Assembly: GCA_027625095.1 (NCBI GenBank)
Contig: JAQBXN010000033.1
Coordinates: 2,193 to 66,192 of the forward strand
Source: Planctomycetota bacterium
GTDB taxonomy: Bacteria; Planctomycetota; PUPC01; JACPCR01
Direction of reading: 5' to 3'
Length of the DNA: 64,000 bases
This document shows, one piece after another, positions 47,783-58,388 of the stretch. Each line of letters starts with the position of its first letter. Positions within the stretch are counted from its first letter, which is position 1. The notes below the pieces were generated by a model, which was not told the DNA's origin, ran no database searches, and worked only from the letters and a program-made list of their open reading frames with translations. The translations under genes and the position numbers were made by a program.

Positions 47783-50700
47783 TCAATTCCTCTTGAAAAT
47801 AGTGTCCGTCGGATTGCCACCAGACTGAATGAAGGCAACGAGATCAAGGATCTCTTCCTTCGTAAGAGTGACGAGCAGGCCAGTCGGCATCTGTGAAACA
47901 TCCAACGGCTTCCTGGCCCGTATCGATTCCTTCTTCAGTTTCACCACTTGTTTTGTGTCCAGAAGGCTCGCTACGAGATGCAGGAAATTGCCGTCATCTT
48001 TGAGGATCGTGCCAACGAAGGTTTCGTCGTCTTCTGTGAGGAATGTAAATGCCTTGAAGTCCTCGTTGATTTCGGCGGAAGGCTCAAGAATTTGCTGGAG
48101 CAGTTTTTGGCCCTGGTATTTCCTGCTGACCTCTGTCAGGTCTGGGCCGAGTTGAGTACCACTGCCGGCAATTCGGTGGCACTTGTTGCATCCAACGGCG
48201 CCAAACATCCGTTGGCCGGCCGAGAAATCTCTGCCGGTCAGTGGGATTTCGATTTCCGGTGAGAAGTCAGGAAGGTTCCACATCTTTACGAATTGGCGTG
48301 ATTGTCCTTGCGGCTCTTCGTTCGAAGCGATCATCTCCTGTACCGGGGTGGTCGATTCCACCCTTTTGACCACTCGGAGGATTCCGTTCATGAGGCGGTA
48401 ATGTCCCGGGAAGGTGCAAACGAAGATGTATTCGCCCGGTTCATTCGGGGCGATGAATTGCAGTTCTTCGTCTGAGCCGGGAAGCAGCAGGGAGGTTGCA
48501 TGCAAGATACTTGGGCTATTGGGCAAATAGCCTTTCTTTTCTGCTTCAGGGCCCTGCATCTGATCGGCGGCTTCCCCGACTTCCTGGAGCGAGCCGGGTT
48601 TGATGATTACCAGGTTGTGGGGCATGGCATCAATGTTGTCGAATCTTATGACAACTGGTTGTCCCACCGCCACGGTCAGGCGTTTCGTGTCATAAATCAT
48701 CTGATGGGGAACGGGGCGAACGACGAACTTACTCACGGCCTGGTTCAACAGTTTTGTCGTGTATTCAGTGCCGCCTGGTATGGCTTTGGCCAGCTCATAA
48801 CCGAGCACCACTGTGGCGTTGATGGCCGGCGCGTTCCGATCCAGGCCCTTCTTCGACATGAGAAGTTTCAGGATGCCATCGAGAGTCGGTTTAATGGCAT
48901 CCTCTGGCCACGTCTCCTTCGGCAATCTGGCAATGGCAGCGGAAGCCGCGGCGACCTGATTGCCCGCCTGAATCAAATTGGAGAACTCTCTGAATTTCTC
49001 GGCCTCCTGACCCGGAAGTTCTGCGACGGCAATCAGGAGCTCTCCCCTTAGACTCATGCCGCCTTCGGTTCGCAGATCTTTTTTCTCAATGACTGTCTTC
49101 TTCATCTTTGGGCCTTCCCAGAAAGCTTGCAGATGGTCCCCGCCGCCGGAATCAAACATAGTTACAAGCAGCTTGTGCGGCCCGGCGGTAAGTTGAATGT
49201 TGCCGCTCTTTTCAACAGGGCCATGGTTGCCGTCATTGCTTACGACCAGCTTGTCGTCGATGTAAAGCATCGAGCCGTCATCGGAGTTTGTGTAGAAGGT
49301 GTATCTACCTGATTCCGGCACCAGGATGGCGCCGGTAAAGCGAAGGCCAAACGATCCTTTGTCCTTCAACACCTCGGTGTTGAGATCGATAGCGTCCGCG
49401 ATACCGCTGGCAGTGGGCTTCATCTTTTCAACCACTTCTCTGCTTGCAGACCGCGGAAACCGGGCGTAGTAATCGACGTTTATTCCGGATTTGCCTGAGA
49501 TTCCCTCGCCCTCTCCCTCCGCGCTGGAAAGTAATGGCGGCAATTTGGCCATGAGCGGTTTGAGAAGTGCATATGCAGCGCTCTTCAGTGTATTGTCTAC
49601 CTGCGGTAGTGCGGCGAGAAATTCGCGAACGCGGTCGGGGTCAGTGGAGGCCTCAGACCACGCTGCGTCCGGCGAGCCATCGGCCTTCATCCAGGATGCG
49701 TAACCGAGGGTCCGCATGCCTGACGTTTTAGATTGAGTGGCCATCTTCTTGATGAGCAGGAGCTGTTTTTTCAGCGCACCGGCTTCCTGTCCGCTGAAGA
49801 GCCTGCCGAGGGATTCCAGAGCCTCGGATGCATCCGGGATATTGCCGGAGTCGAGGGCATCAAGCGTCTCGATAAGCAGGGCAGTGGAGTCTTTGTTTTC
49901 GATCATGGCCAATGCGGAAAGGGCTTCCTGCCGAACTTCTGCCGGCACGCCGCTTCGAGTAAGCAGGGCGTTGTAGACGCCACGGTTACGGGGCATCTGA
50001 AGCAGTTGAGCAGTCGAGACATTTTTCAGGATGAATTGCGCCGCAGCCGGGCTTGTTGCGGTGAGCTTGCCTTCCGCGGCCGCAGGCTTCCACCATTGCT
50101 CCAGCTGCGACATAGTCTGCTTGAAGGTGAAATCAATGTAGTCATCGGAGGGTTTGTTCAGGGCGGCGATTGCTATTTCAGCGGCCTGGTAATGACGAAA
50201 GAAACTGGCTGCGCGCACGGCTTCAATGCGTACCCTCGGGTGGTCGTCGGCAACCTGAATCTTCAAAAGCTCGATGGGTTGATTCACACGGTCGCGCCAG
50301 TGGCACAACACGCGGGTAGCGGCAGCACGGGCATGGAAGTCCGGAGAACGGAGCATTCGTTTGAGAAGATATTCGTTAACGACATTAAAACTCTGGTGCA
50401 GCCAGAGAGCTTCCATCATGTGGTGTTCGAAGGCAGGATCATTTTTGTCGAGGCCGGCGATCCATTTCTCTGCGGCTGGGATCACATCGCTTTCATTGCG
50501 TCCGCTTAATTCGCTACGTGTGCGCTGCAGGACGCGTAGTTCGCGTTCCTTGAGCAAGTCGAGCAGGGCGGCGATTGGGGCTCCGGCAATTTTCTTCAGC
50601 GCGACCAGCGGACGGCCCTCACAGGTCACGCGATAGATTCGACCGTGAGCATGGTCGCGGTTGGGGTCACGCAGATTGTGTTGCATGTGGCCGATGAGCG

Positions 50701-52675
50701 GATTCTGCCAGTCAGTGAAATAGAGCGCTCCATCCGGGCCGGTCTCAAGGTCGACTGGACGAAAGCTCCGGTCATCGGAATACAGAATCTCTTTGACTTC
50801 CTCGCCGCGGAAACCGGATTCTTCATCGTGAACCTTAAACTGAAAGATGCCCTGAAAACCGATGACATTGGCGATGAGAAAGTTATCCATGTGCTCGTCA
50901 GGGAAATGCTTGCTCGACAAGATTTCCGTCGCCGGACAAGGCCGTGAACGACGCTGCAGCCACTGTCTGGGGGCGGGCACGCGTTTTCCGTAATCCAGAT
51001 ATCCGGACATCGGCGTGGCCCAATAGTGGCTGCTTCCTGTTCCGTCCGACATGAAGCTCTGCCCCCAGTAATCGAAGGCGTGCCCATGTGGATTCGGCCA
51101 GCCGTGACGCACCCAAACTTCCATCTTCTGAGTGCGGATCTCGTACCGGTAACCGCCCCCGTCGACTGTCTGGATACGTCCAAAGTATGGCGTCTCAACT
51201 TGGGTCCGGTTGAAGATGCCTTCGTTGAAATAGAGCCCGCCTCCCGGATCCATGGCGAAGCTGTTTGATGAATGGTGGGTGTCCGCGGAGTCGATACCGC
51301 CGACCACACGCTCACGAAAGTCGGCCTTACCGTCCCCGTTGGTGTCCTTCATGAACCAGAGGTCTGGCGTCTGCATGACGTAGACTCCACCGTTCCAGAA
51401 TTCAAAGCCGGTGGGGCAGTGAAGGTCATCGGCGAACGCCGTCATCTTGTCCGCCTTTCCGTCGCCGTTGGTATCCTCAAACATGAGGAGCTTGTCGCTC
51501 ATCGGATCCTTCGGCTTCCAGTGTGGGTAAGACGGCCAGGCCGCCACGAAAAGACGTCCGGCATTGTCGAAGGACATCTGCACCGGATTGACGAGTTCCG
51601 GGAACATTGCCTCGTCCGCAAAGAGATTCACCTTCATGCCTTCATGCATGTGCATCTGTTTGATCGCCTCCTCGCCGCTCAGAAACTCATAAGAGCCGTC
51701 CGGCTTAGAGCCCTTCCTGTTCGAATCAAGGTCTATGAATGCGGGCGTATTGCTGTCATCGACCTTGATGTCGCCTTTTCCCTGGGCTATCGACCAGATG
51801 CGCCTATCGCGATTGGCAGCCATCGCATCAAGGACCTGTAGCTCGCGCTGCATGACTTCGAAGTTCTTGTGAATCGTTGACCGCCCGCCGTAGACGGAAT
51901 ATCCGTCCACCGTGCGATAGCGATGCCAGTAGTAGAAGTTCTTGTCTTTGACGGATGCGCGAATCTTCTCAAGGTGGTTGGCGTCACGTTGGAGTTTCGG
52001 TGACGGGAACAACGCTGCTTCGAGCATAAAGGCAACCCGTTCGTTCCCGTATTCGTTTAGATGAATGCCGTTAACTGTGTAACGCTTTTCTGATGACTTG
52101 TAGGCATCAAGAGTGTTTTGAAACAGGCCCACGTAAGGAACCTCCGCTGCTTCCGCCACTTCTGCAATGGCCTTTGTGTAGAGCGCAAGCCTTCGATTTA
52201 TTTCCTGGCCATCGGGCAGATTTGCAGTTTTGTGGTCTTCAAAAGCAATGGGGGAGACAGCTACAATCCGGGGGGCGCCTCTGCCGCTGTAGTTTTGCCC
52301 TTTCAGGTGCTTGATTTGCGCTTTGTATTCGCCCTTGAAGGCGGCCAGTTGCTCCTCTCCGGCCCACGATTCGTTGTAACCGAAGAACATGAATACCACG
52401 GACGCCTTGTTGAGCTTCAGGTGATCGTCAGGTGATCCGAAGTTTGAGGAGCGTGCACGGGTTGCAAGCTCGTCACCATTGAAGCCCAGGTTCCGGAAGC
52501 TTAGTTCGAGGTCGGAAAAGCGGTTCTGAAGAAGAGTTTCGAGCCAGCCATGATGCTGCATACGTTCGGCAAGCGCGTTGCCGATCAGGCAAATGGAATC
52601 GCCTTTTTGAAGTTGCAGGTTTTGGGCATGAACGAAGGGACACAAAATGATGAGAGAGACAAAGCAATGCTTCAT
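47783..52675 (-). CDS. PVC-type heme-binding multidomain protein: SGNH-like - GSDH-like beta-propeller - HEAT - PA14 - cupredoxin - cytochrome c
   Basis: IGNALAERMQ/FGYNES/NGIHL; LFADE...NPVQM, DTNGDGKAD, FRPVDLETGPDGALYFTDW, HGRIYR; HEAT repeats; YTFYTNSDDGSML (PA14); MPHNLV...CTFPGHYRLM (blue copper); CNKCH and SQMPTGL. Confidence 0.9.
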   Translation of the reverse strand: MKHCFVSLIILCPFVHAQNLQLQKGDSICLIGNALAERMQHHGWLETLLQNRFSDLELSFRNLGFNGDELATRARSSNFGSPDDHLKLNKASVVFMFFGYNESWAGEEQLAAFKGEYKAQIKHLKGQNYSGRGAPRIVAVSPIAFEDHKTANLPDGQEINRRLALYTKAIAEVAEAAEVPYVGLFQNTLDAYKSSEKRYTVNGIHLNEYGNERVAFMLEAALFPSPKLQRDANHLEKIRASVKDKNFYYWHRYRTVDGYSVYGGRSTIHKNFEVMQRELQVLDAMAANRDRRIWSIAQGKGDIKVDDSNTPAFIDLDSNRKGSKPDGSYEFLSGEEAIKQMHMHEGMKVNLFADEAMFPELVNPVQMSFDNAGRLFVAAWPSYPHWKPKDPMSDKLLMFEDTNGDGKADKMTAFADDLHCPTGFEFWNGGVYVMQTPDLWFMKDTNGDGKADFRERVVGGIDSADTHHSSNSFAMDPGGGLYFNEGIFNRTQVETPYFGRIQTVDGGGYRYEIRTQKMEVWVRHGWPNPHGHAFDYWGQSFMSDGTGSSHYWATPMSGYLDYGKRVPAPRQWLQRRSRPCPATEILSSKHFPDEHMDNFLIANVIGFQGIFQFKVHDEESGFRGEEVKEILYSDDRSFRPVDLETGPDGALYFTDWQNPLIGHMQHNLRDPNRDHAHGRIYRVTCEGRPLVALKKIAGAPIAALLDLLKERELRVLQRTRSELSGRNESDVIPAAEKWIAGLDKNDPAFEHHMMEALWLHQSFNVVNEYLLKRMLRSPDFHARAAATRVLCHWRDRVNQPIELLKIQVADDHPRVRIEAVRAASFFRHYQAAEIAIAALNKPSDDYIDFTFKQTMSQLEQWWKPAAAEGKLTATSPAAAQFILKNVSTAQLLQMPRNRGVYNALLTRSGVPAEVRQEALSALAMIENKDSTALLIETLDALDSGNIPDASEALESLGRLFSGQEAGALKKQLLLIKKMATQSKTSGMRTLGYASWMKADGSPDAAWSEASTDPDRVREFLAALPQVDNTLKSAAYALLKPLMAKLPPLLSSAEGEGEGISGKSGINVDYYARFPRSASREVVEKMKPTASGIADAIDLNTEVLKDKGSFGLRFTGAILVPESGRYTFYTNSDDGSMLYIDDKLVVSNDGNHGPVEKSGNIQLTAGPHKLLVTMFDSGGGDHLQAFWEGPKMKKTVIEKKDLRTEGGMSLRGELLIAVAELPGQEAEKFREFSNLIQAGNQVAAASAAIARLPKETWPEDAIKPTLDGILKLLMSKKGLDRNAPAINATVVLGYELAKAIPGGTEYTTKLLNQAVSKFVVRPVPHQMIYDTKRLTVAVGQPVVIRFDNIDAMPHNLVIIKPGSLQEVGEAADQMQGPEAEKKGYLPNSPSILHATSLLLPGSDEELQFIAPNEPGEYIFVCTFPGHYRLMNGILRVVKRVESTTPVQEMIASNEEPQGQSRQFVKMWNLPDFSPEIEIPLTGRDFSAGQRMFGAVGCNKCHRIAGSGTQLGPDLTEVSRKYQGQKLLQQILEPSAEINEDFKAFTFLTEDDETFVGTILKDDGNFLHLVASLLDTKQVVKLKKESIRARKPLDVSQMPTGLLVTLTKEEILDLVAFIQSGGNPTDTIFKRN

Positions 52676-53208
52676 GTAAGGCTCCAGGAGTCTCGTTTCG
52701 TTGGTATTTTTTGAAGACGAGAAGATAGCCCGGTTTCTCGGAATTGCCTTCCATGCAGAGCGCGGTCTGGATTCAGTTCATGATCGGGGAAGATGCGGCC
52801 CATTATTCTCTGTTATCCAAATGGTGGATCCTCAGCCGGTGCGGTTGTATTAGAGTCGTTGCGTGCCATAGGATTCGTTTGTTCATATATGCGTTAGTAA
52901 AGAGCGAAGCGTTCTGCCTCGAACGCCCGGAAGGAATATCCCTTGAAGCGAGCATTCGTTGCACTCATCTGGTAGTCCACTTCAACGTCTGATTCGGCAT
53001 CCGAGGACTCAGAATGGTTTCCTGAAAATTTTCGCCAGAGCGAAATCCCCGGCCGGCTTTGTGGAATCGTAAAGAGCCTGAAATGTCGGCTGGAAATCGG
53101 TAGCGTTATGAACCACAAAGCGGAAGCCCCTCTGGGTATCGATGTGACACAGCATCAGATGCATGCGGTGACACTGGCATTCAGATCCATCTATCGAAAG
53201 TAACTGTC

Positions 53209-54576
53209 TTGAAGTGGGTTCCCCTTAATTCTGTCTGCCTGATCGCTGTTGGGATCCTCTGTTCTGGCTGTCTTCCGTCGGAGACCGCAAAGGCTCCATT
53301 GGTGATATCACCGACATCTCCCCCGACGATCGAGGAGGTTCTTGCACACGCTTTTTATCCTTATAACGGTCGTGGGAAACGAGGGGTGGATACTTCTACG
53401 CTGACCGGAAAGGTGATGTGTGGTTACCAGGGATGGTTTTCAGCTCAAGGCGATGGCGCCGGTAAGGGCTGGTTTCACTGGGGCAGGGGAGGGGAGTTCG
53501 GGCCGGAAAAATGCACCGTTGAGATGTGGCCAGATATGACTGAGTGCAGCGAAGCGGAAAGATTCCCGACTGGGTTCAAGCACTCCGATGGCAGCCCTGC
53601 GCAGGTGTTTAGTTCCTACAGAAAGGAAACTGTAGTTCGGCACTTCAAATGGATGGAGGACTACGGGATCGATGGCGCGTTCGTGCAGCGCTTTGTCGGT
53701 TCGATCAGCAACTACCCGATTGAGCTCAACTTCACCCAGACGGTTCTGAATCATTGTCGAGAAGGCGCGAACAAATATGGCCGGGCTTACGCGATCATGT
53801 ATGACCTCTCCGGCCAAAGTGCAGATGTCGATGAGCGATTGATTGCGGACTGGAAACGGTTAGTGGATCGCTCACATATAACAAGAGACAAGAGTGATAA
53901 GGCGTACCTCCACCACAATGGGAAGCCGGTCGTCGCAGTCTGGGGAGTGGGATTCAACGACAACCGAAATTACAACCTGGAAGACTGCGAACGCATTGTT
54001 GAGTTCTTGAAAGACGATCCAGAGTATGGTGGGAATACGGTCATGCTGGGAGTTCCGAGTTGGTGGCGAGAGCTCAAGCGTGACGCCGTCAGTGATTCCA
54101 GATTGCACAAGATTTTACTGAAGGCAGACATTATCAGTCCGTGGGCAGTAGGCCGATTCGGCCCGGACGGTGTGAAGCGACATTATGAAGAGGTCATTGT
54201 TCCGGACATTGCCTGGTGTAAAGAAAAGAAGAAAGAATTCCTGCCTGTTGTTTTCCCCGGATTCAGTTGGTCGAACCTGAAAGATGGGGCTGAATTCGAT
54301 CAGATCCCTCGACAGGGCGGAAAATTCCTCTGGTCTCAATTCGCCCATGCTAAGAAAGCTGGGGCGAAGATGGTTTATCAGGCCATGTTTGATGAAGTAG
54401 ATGAGGCCACCGCGATTTTCAAGTGCACAAATCATCCCCCAGTAAGCAACAAAAATAGATTTCTCACTTATGAAGGAATGCCAAGCGACCATTATTTGAA
54501 GATTATCGGCAAGGCATCCCAAATGATCAGAGGCGAAATTCTCTATACTGAGAAGATGCCTGACCTTGCTCCTTGA
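53209..54576 (+). CDS. Glycoside hydrolase family 71/99-like lipoprotein
   Basis: Lipobox ILCSGC; KVMCGYQGWF, HFKWMEDYGIDG, MYDLSG, KPVVAVWGVGF, PGFSWSNL, AMFDEVDEATA. Confidence 0.82.
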   Translation: MKWVPLNSVCLIAVGILCSGCLPSETAKAPLVISPTSPPTIEEVLAHAFYPYNGRGKRGVDTSTLTGKVMCGYQGWFSAQGDGAGKGWFHWGRGGEFGPEKCTVEMWPDMTECSEAERFPTGFKHSDGSPAQVFSSYRKETVVRHFKWMEDYGIDGAFVQRFVGSISNYPIELNFTQTVLNHCREGANKYGRAYAIMYDLSGQSADVDERLIADWKRLVDRSHITRDKSDKAYLHHNGKPVVAVWGVGFNDNRNYNLEDCERIVEFLKDDPEYGGNTVMLGVPSWWRELKRDAVSDSRLHKILLKADIISPWAVGRFGPDGVKRHYEEVIVPDIAWCKEKKKEFLPVVFPGFSWSNLKDGAEFDQIPRQGGKFLWSQFAHAKKAGAKMVYQAMFDEVDEATAIFKCTNHPPVSNKNRFLTYEGMPSDHYLKIIGKASQMIRGEILYTEKMPDLAP

Positions 54577-54612
54577 TTCAGTTTTCATCAGTTTGGGGAA
54601 GAGGAAGCCGGA

Positions 54613-54923
54613 GTTTGAGTAACGGCTTCAACCGGGTTCTTCTTCTTACAAGCCGGGTTCACGAACTGTTTACGACGTAAAAATTACCGTTCACTGCAAA
54701 GCTGAGCACTTTTGTAGAATAGGATCCCAGCCTGTGCCATTTGAGAGGTTTTGCGAATGGCAAAGGATTTCTAGTCAGAACGGCATATCGGCTATTGCCC
54801 ATATGCCTGGACAGGCTGGAAGCCTATCCTACGAGGTGTCTCACGAGGCAGTTTTCGCCCTGCAAACAGTTCGCGAACCCTTGTAAGTCCAAATCCAGAC
54901 CCGGCTGAAGCCGTTACTCCAAC
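54613..54923. repeat. Multi-layer nested inverted repeat with GTAG/CTAC REP core
   Basis: IR1 54613-54638/54898-54923; IR2 CTTACAAG/CTTGTAAG; IR3 54655-54671/54864-54880; IR4 GTAGAATAGGATCCCAGCCTGT (54714)/ACAGGCTGGAAGCCTATCCTAC (54811-54832). Confidence 0.75.
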
Positions 54924-54966
54924 CCTGTTTTCACGAACTGAATATCCTAACGAGTATCAGAATCAG

Positions 54967-55974
54967 ATGATGAAAGTCGCAAAATTATTGGGAAACGGAA
55001 AGGTTGAGATTGTCGCATCAGACCGCCCTTCGAGTGACGATCAGACGGTCTTGATCAAGGTGAAAGCAACCGGCCTCTGCGGGAGTGAACTGCATTCGAT
55101 TAAAGGTTCACCTGTAGAGCGCGAGGGTTTCTACAACGGAGGTCACGAGGTCGTCGGAGTCATTGAAACAGCCCCGGCAGGCTCGAATTTCGAGCCAGGG
55201 ATGCGTGTCGGCGCTAGAGTCGTGCAGGGCTGTGGCGATTGTCATTTCTGCCTGCAGGGCTACGAGACAGCTTGTAAGGCGCGTAAGATTTACGGGCAGA
55301 ATGGACATGCAGAATATTTCAGGCTTGGAATCCGTGGCATCCAACTGCTGCCGGAGGATGTCGAATGGCCGGCTGGAGTACTTCTTTCCGGGGATGGGCT
55401 GGGTGTGCCGGTCAGGGCCGCTCGGAGGCTTGGAGACACGTCGGGTCAGAAGGTGGTCGTTCTCGGTCTTGGACCGGTGGGTCTCAGCAGTGTCGTCGTC
55501 CAGGTCTCCCGCGGGGCAGAGGTCATGGGTACCGACCTCATCGATTACCGAACGAAATTTGCCGAAGCTCTCGGTGCTGCTCGCGGAGTGAATTCAACAA
55601 AGGAAGATGTAAAGGAAGCCGTTCTTGAATGGACGGAAGGCCGTGGCGCAGACATTGTGATTCTGGCAGTGGGGCACAGCGCGGCATTCCTGCAGGCAAT
55701 CGAATTGGTTCGCCAGCAGGGCACCCTGTACCAGGTGGGCGAACTCAGTGAGCTGACGTTCAATCCGTCAGAGACCTTTCTTAGAAAAGAAATCACCATT
55801 AAAGGTTCGTGGTATTACACCAGCGAGGACTGGAAGGAGATGCTTGCTTTGCACGAAAGAGGCCTCCGATATGACAAACTCATTACTCACGTCTTTCCTT
55901 TTGAAAAGGCTCAGGAAGCTGTGGATACCTTTGCCTCCGGGGAGTCCGGCAAAGTGATTTTGACTTACGAATGA
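54967..55974 (+). CDS. Zinc-dependent (MDR) alcohol/sugar dehydrogenase
   Basis: GLCGSELH, GHEVVG, CGDCHFC...C structural Zn site, GLGPVG, GKVIL. Confidence 0.9.
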   Translation: MMKVAKLLGNGKVEIVASDRPSSDDQTVLIKVKATGLCGSELHSIKGSPVEREGFYNGGHEVVGVIETAPAGSNFEPGMRVGARVVQGCGDCHFCLQGYETACKARKIYGQNGHAEYFRLGIRGIQLLPEDVEWPAGVLLSGDGLGVPVRAARRLGDTSGQKVVVLGLGPVGLSSVVVQVSRGAEVMGTDLIDYRTKFAEALGAARGVNSTKEDVKEAVLEWTEGRGADIVILAVGHSAAFLQAIELVRQQGTLYQVGELSELTFNPSETFLRKEITIKGSWYYTSEDWKEMLALHERGLRYDKLITHVFPFEKAQEAVDTFASGESGKVILTYE

Positions 55975-56084
55975 GTCGAAAGCGCTCAGGAAATCCAGGT
56001 CAAATAATTGAATTCTCAATCATCCAATTCAGACAGGCTTGCTCACCGTATTCGGTTCCTCACTGAGTGAATCCGTTTCACCTG

Positions 56085-58364
56085 ATGGAATCCAACAAAG
56101 CAAATCACAAGAAATCACTCACTGGCCTCGCGTGCCTTAACGCTCTTGGTGGCCTTTGTGCCGGCTGGTTCTTCTCCGTCTACAGCCAGGGACGCGTACA
56201 TCTGTATCAAGGGGTTGGCCAGAACGAGTATTTCGAACCCGATGGAGGGCACGTTTATCTGGACCTCAATACGTTGTTGTGGATGGTAATCGGCGCCTCT
56301 GGTGGATTGGGTTTGTTCTTTCTCTGCACCTTCTTGAATGCAAGGGCGCACAAGGTGACGCTCAATGACGCGGGTCAGCCTGGGGGCTGGCTCTGGGTAC
56401 TCCCCGCAACACTTGTCATACATCCATTGCTTGGATTATGTGGCGTGAGCGCCACCCTCATACCTGTTTTCCATTCGATATTAGTCATTGGCGGTACTGC
56501 AGGAATTGTCTTGAGCTGCACAGGTGCCAGGCTCCCACACTGGCTCGCCAGGCCGTCTGTCTGCTGGGGCCTCCTGGGTTCCCTGGGGCTGTGCCACTTT
56601 CTGATCTGCGCAAATCTGAACCTCCGGCAGTTCCATGCTCAGAACCTTGGCTACTATGACTCAGGCCAGATTGCCGAAGGTTTTCATCAGACCTTAAACG
56701 GCAACTTTATGAGGACCTATAACCAACCTCACAAACCAGAGCCGGGGCCGGGTACGAGCCTTGACCACATTTTCATTACGCGCATATGCATTCTCTTCCC
56801 GCTCTACTGTCTGTTTCCGAAGCATGAAACGATTTTGATTTTCCATGCATTGGTTCTTTCGCTGGGTGCCATCCCAGCATTCATGATCGGAAAACGAGTC
56901 ATGGAAGGGAGCTTCTGGGGACTCATGTTCGCCGTTGCGTATTTGCTTTATCCACCGCTGATGTTCCTTGAATTCCGGTCGGGATGGGGCCCATCCGAAG
57001 AAGGCCAGTTGGTTCCATTGCTGTTGGCTGCCGGGTATTGCCTCTCCGCGGGACGTCCGTGGCTGGCGATACTTTGGGCGATTCTGACCATGTGCGTAAA
57101 GGAAAATGCTGCGGTTACGATCTGCATGTTCGGATTGGTGATGGCTGTTTTCTCGCCTTACCGGAAACATGGCGGGGGACTGGCGCTCGGCGCCGCACTT
57201 TATTTTCTCATCGGCACCAAGCTCATCCTGCCGATGATTGACGAATACCCCTACCAGGGAGTGATGGGGGTGTTTGCTCATCTTGGGAAGGGCTACCTGG
57301 GCATTGCCCGGCGCACGATTACCGACCCGGTTTATGTATTGGGTATCGTGCTGGCTTACAGCAATTTCTCCCTGCTGTTGCATCTGCTTGTGCCACTTGG
57401 AGCGGCGGGGGTGATGAGCCCGTCTCGTCTGCTTATTCTTGCTCCCGCACTGCTATTCCTGATGCTGAGTGGAAGCCCTTACCACCATTCAATTCTTTAT
57501 TGGAATCATGCCATCCTGATTCCAGTTGTGTTTTTCGCTGGAATTCACGGGTTGAACAATGCCCGCGCGAAACTGATCGAATGGTGGCCGTGGAACAAGG
57601 ATCCACGGCCCGCATTGATGGGGGCAGCCGTTACGTGTTCCGTTCTCTCCTTCCTGACCTTCTTTGTGCCGATGATGTCACAAGCTACCTTTGATGTGCG
57701 GCCCCGTCATCGCATCATCAAGAGCATTCGGAATTTGATTCCTCCTGAGAGTAGCGTTTTTGCCACCTATCGGGCAGCGGGACACCTTACCGATTACGGC
57801 CGATTGGAAATGTCATGGCGATACCTTCCAGGTAATCAGGATTACCTGGTATTTGATGCGATGGATAGATGGGCTCGATACGAGAGGACGCTCGAAGCGC
57901 GGGATGTGGCGTTGCAAGATGAATCCTACGGACTTGTCTTGCGCAAGGGTCGATTCCTGGTCTTCAAGAAGGGCGCTCCGAGAGACTATCTGTGGGACGG
58001 CATTCTGCTTGATGATGTCCCACCTGTTCAGTTTGAGTCAGGCCAGGTACAAAGGGAAGGGGCTGTATTACTCGGTTGGAATCTGCTTCCGGGCAGGACC
58101 GAGAATTCTGTCCGGATCGATGCTTTCTGGAAGTGTCACAAGGTGCTGAATAAAGAATACGAAGTGGTCGTGTTCTTCAAACTTCCTGATGGTTCCGAAA
58201 TGACAGCACGTCATTTGATGGCAGATTGGATTTACCCAACGACGCTTTGGAAGCCCGGGGACGTGGTGCGCGATTCCGCGGAGATAGCGTTTGAGGGGAG
58301 GGTCCCGAAAGAGTTCAAAGTCGCTATCACCCTTGAAGAGTATTCTCTTCTTTTTAGTCAGTAA
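56085..58364 (+). CDS. DUF2079-type polytopic membrane protein (GT-C-like) with C-terminal soluble domain
   Basis: YDSG, DH, LSLGAIP, AYLLYP, CVKE motifs and many TMs; C-terminal YPTTLWKPGDVVRD. Start 56067 or 56085. Confidence 0.72.
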   Translation: MESNKANHKKSLTGLACLNALGGLCAGWFFSVYSQGRVHLYQGVGQNEYFEPDGGHVYLDLNTLLWMVIGASGGLGLFFLCTFLNARAHKVTLNDAGQPGGWLWVLPATLVIHPLLGLCGVSATLIPVFHSILVIGGTAGIVLSCTGARLPHWLARPSVCWGLLGSLGLCHFLICANLNLRQFHAQNLGYYDSGQIAEGFHQTLNGNFMRTYNQPHKPEPGPGTSLDHIFITRICILFPLYCLFPKHETILIFHALVLSLGAIPAFMIGKRVMEGSFWGLMFAVAYLLYPPLMFLEFRSGWGPSEEGQLVPLLLAAGYCLSAGRPWLAILWAILTMCVKENAAVTICMFGLVMAVFSPYRKHGGGLALGAALYFLIGTKLILPMIDEYPYQGVMGVFAHLGKGYLGIARRTITDPVYVLGIVLAYSNFSLLLHLLVPLGAAGVMSPSRLLILAPALLFLMLSGSPYHHSILYWNHAILIPVVFFAGIHGLNNARAKLIEWWPWNKDPRPALMGAAVTCSVLSFLTFFVPMMSQATFDVRPRHRIIKSIRNLIPPESSVFATYRAAGHLTDYGRLEMSWRYLPGNQDYLVFDAMDRWARYERTLEARDVALQDESYGLVLRKGRFLVFKKGAPRDYLWDGILLDDVPPVQFESGQVQREGAVLLGWNLLPGRTENSVRIDAFWKCHKVLNKEYEVVVFFKLPDGSEMTARHLMADWIYPTTLWKPGDVVRDSAEIAFEGRVPKEFKVAITLEEYSLLFSQ

Positions 58365-58388
58365 GTGCGGCATCAACACCAGACGGGA

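Noticed and set aside
52676-53208. Short ORFs in the 530-bp divergent intergenic region
   Set aside because: No recognisable motif or consistent frame. It could be promoter DNA or a decayed gene, which cannot be supported from sequence alone.
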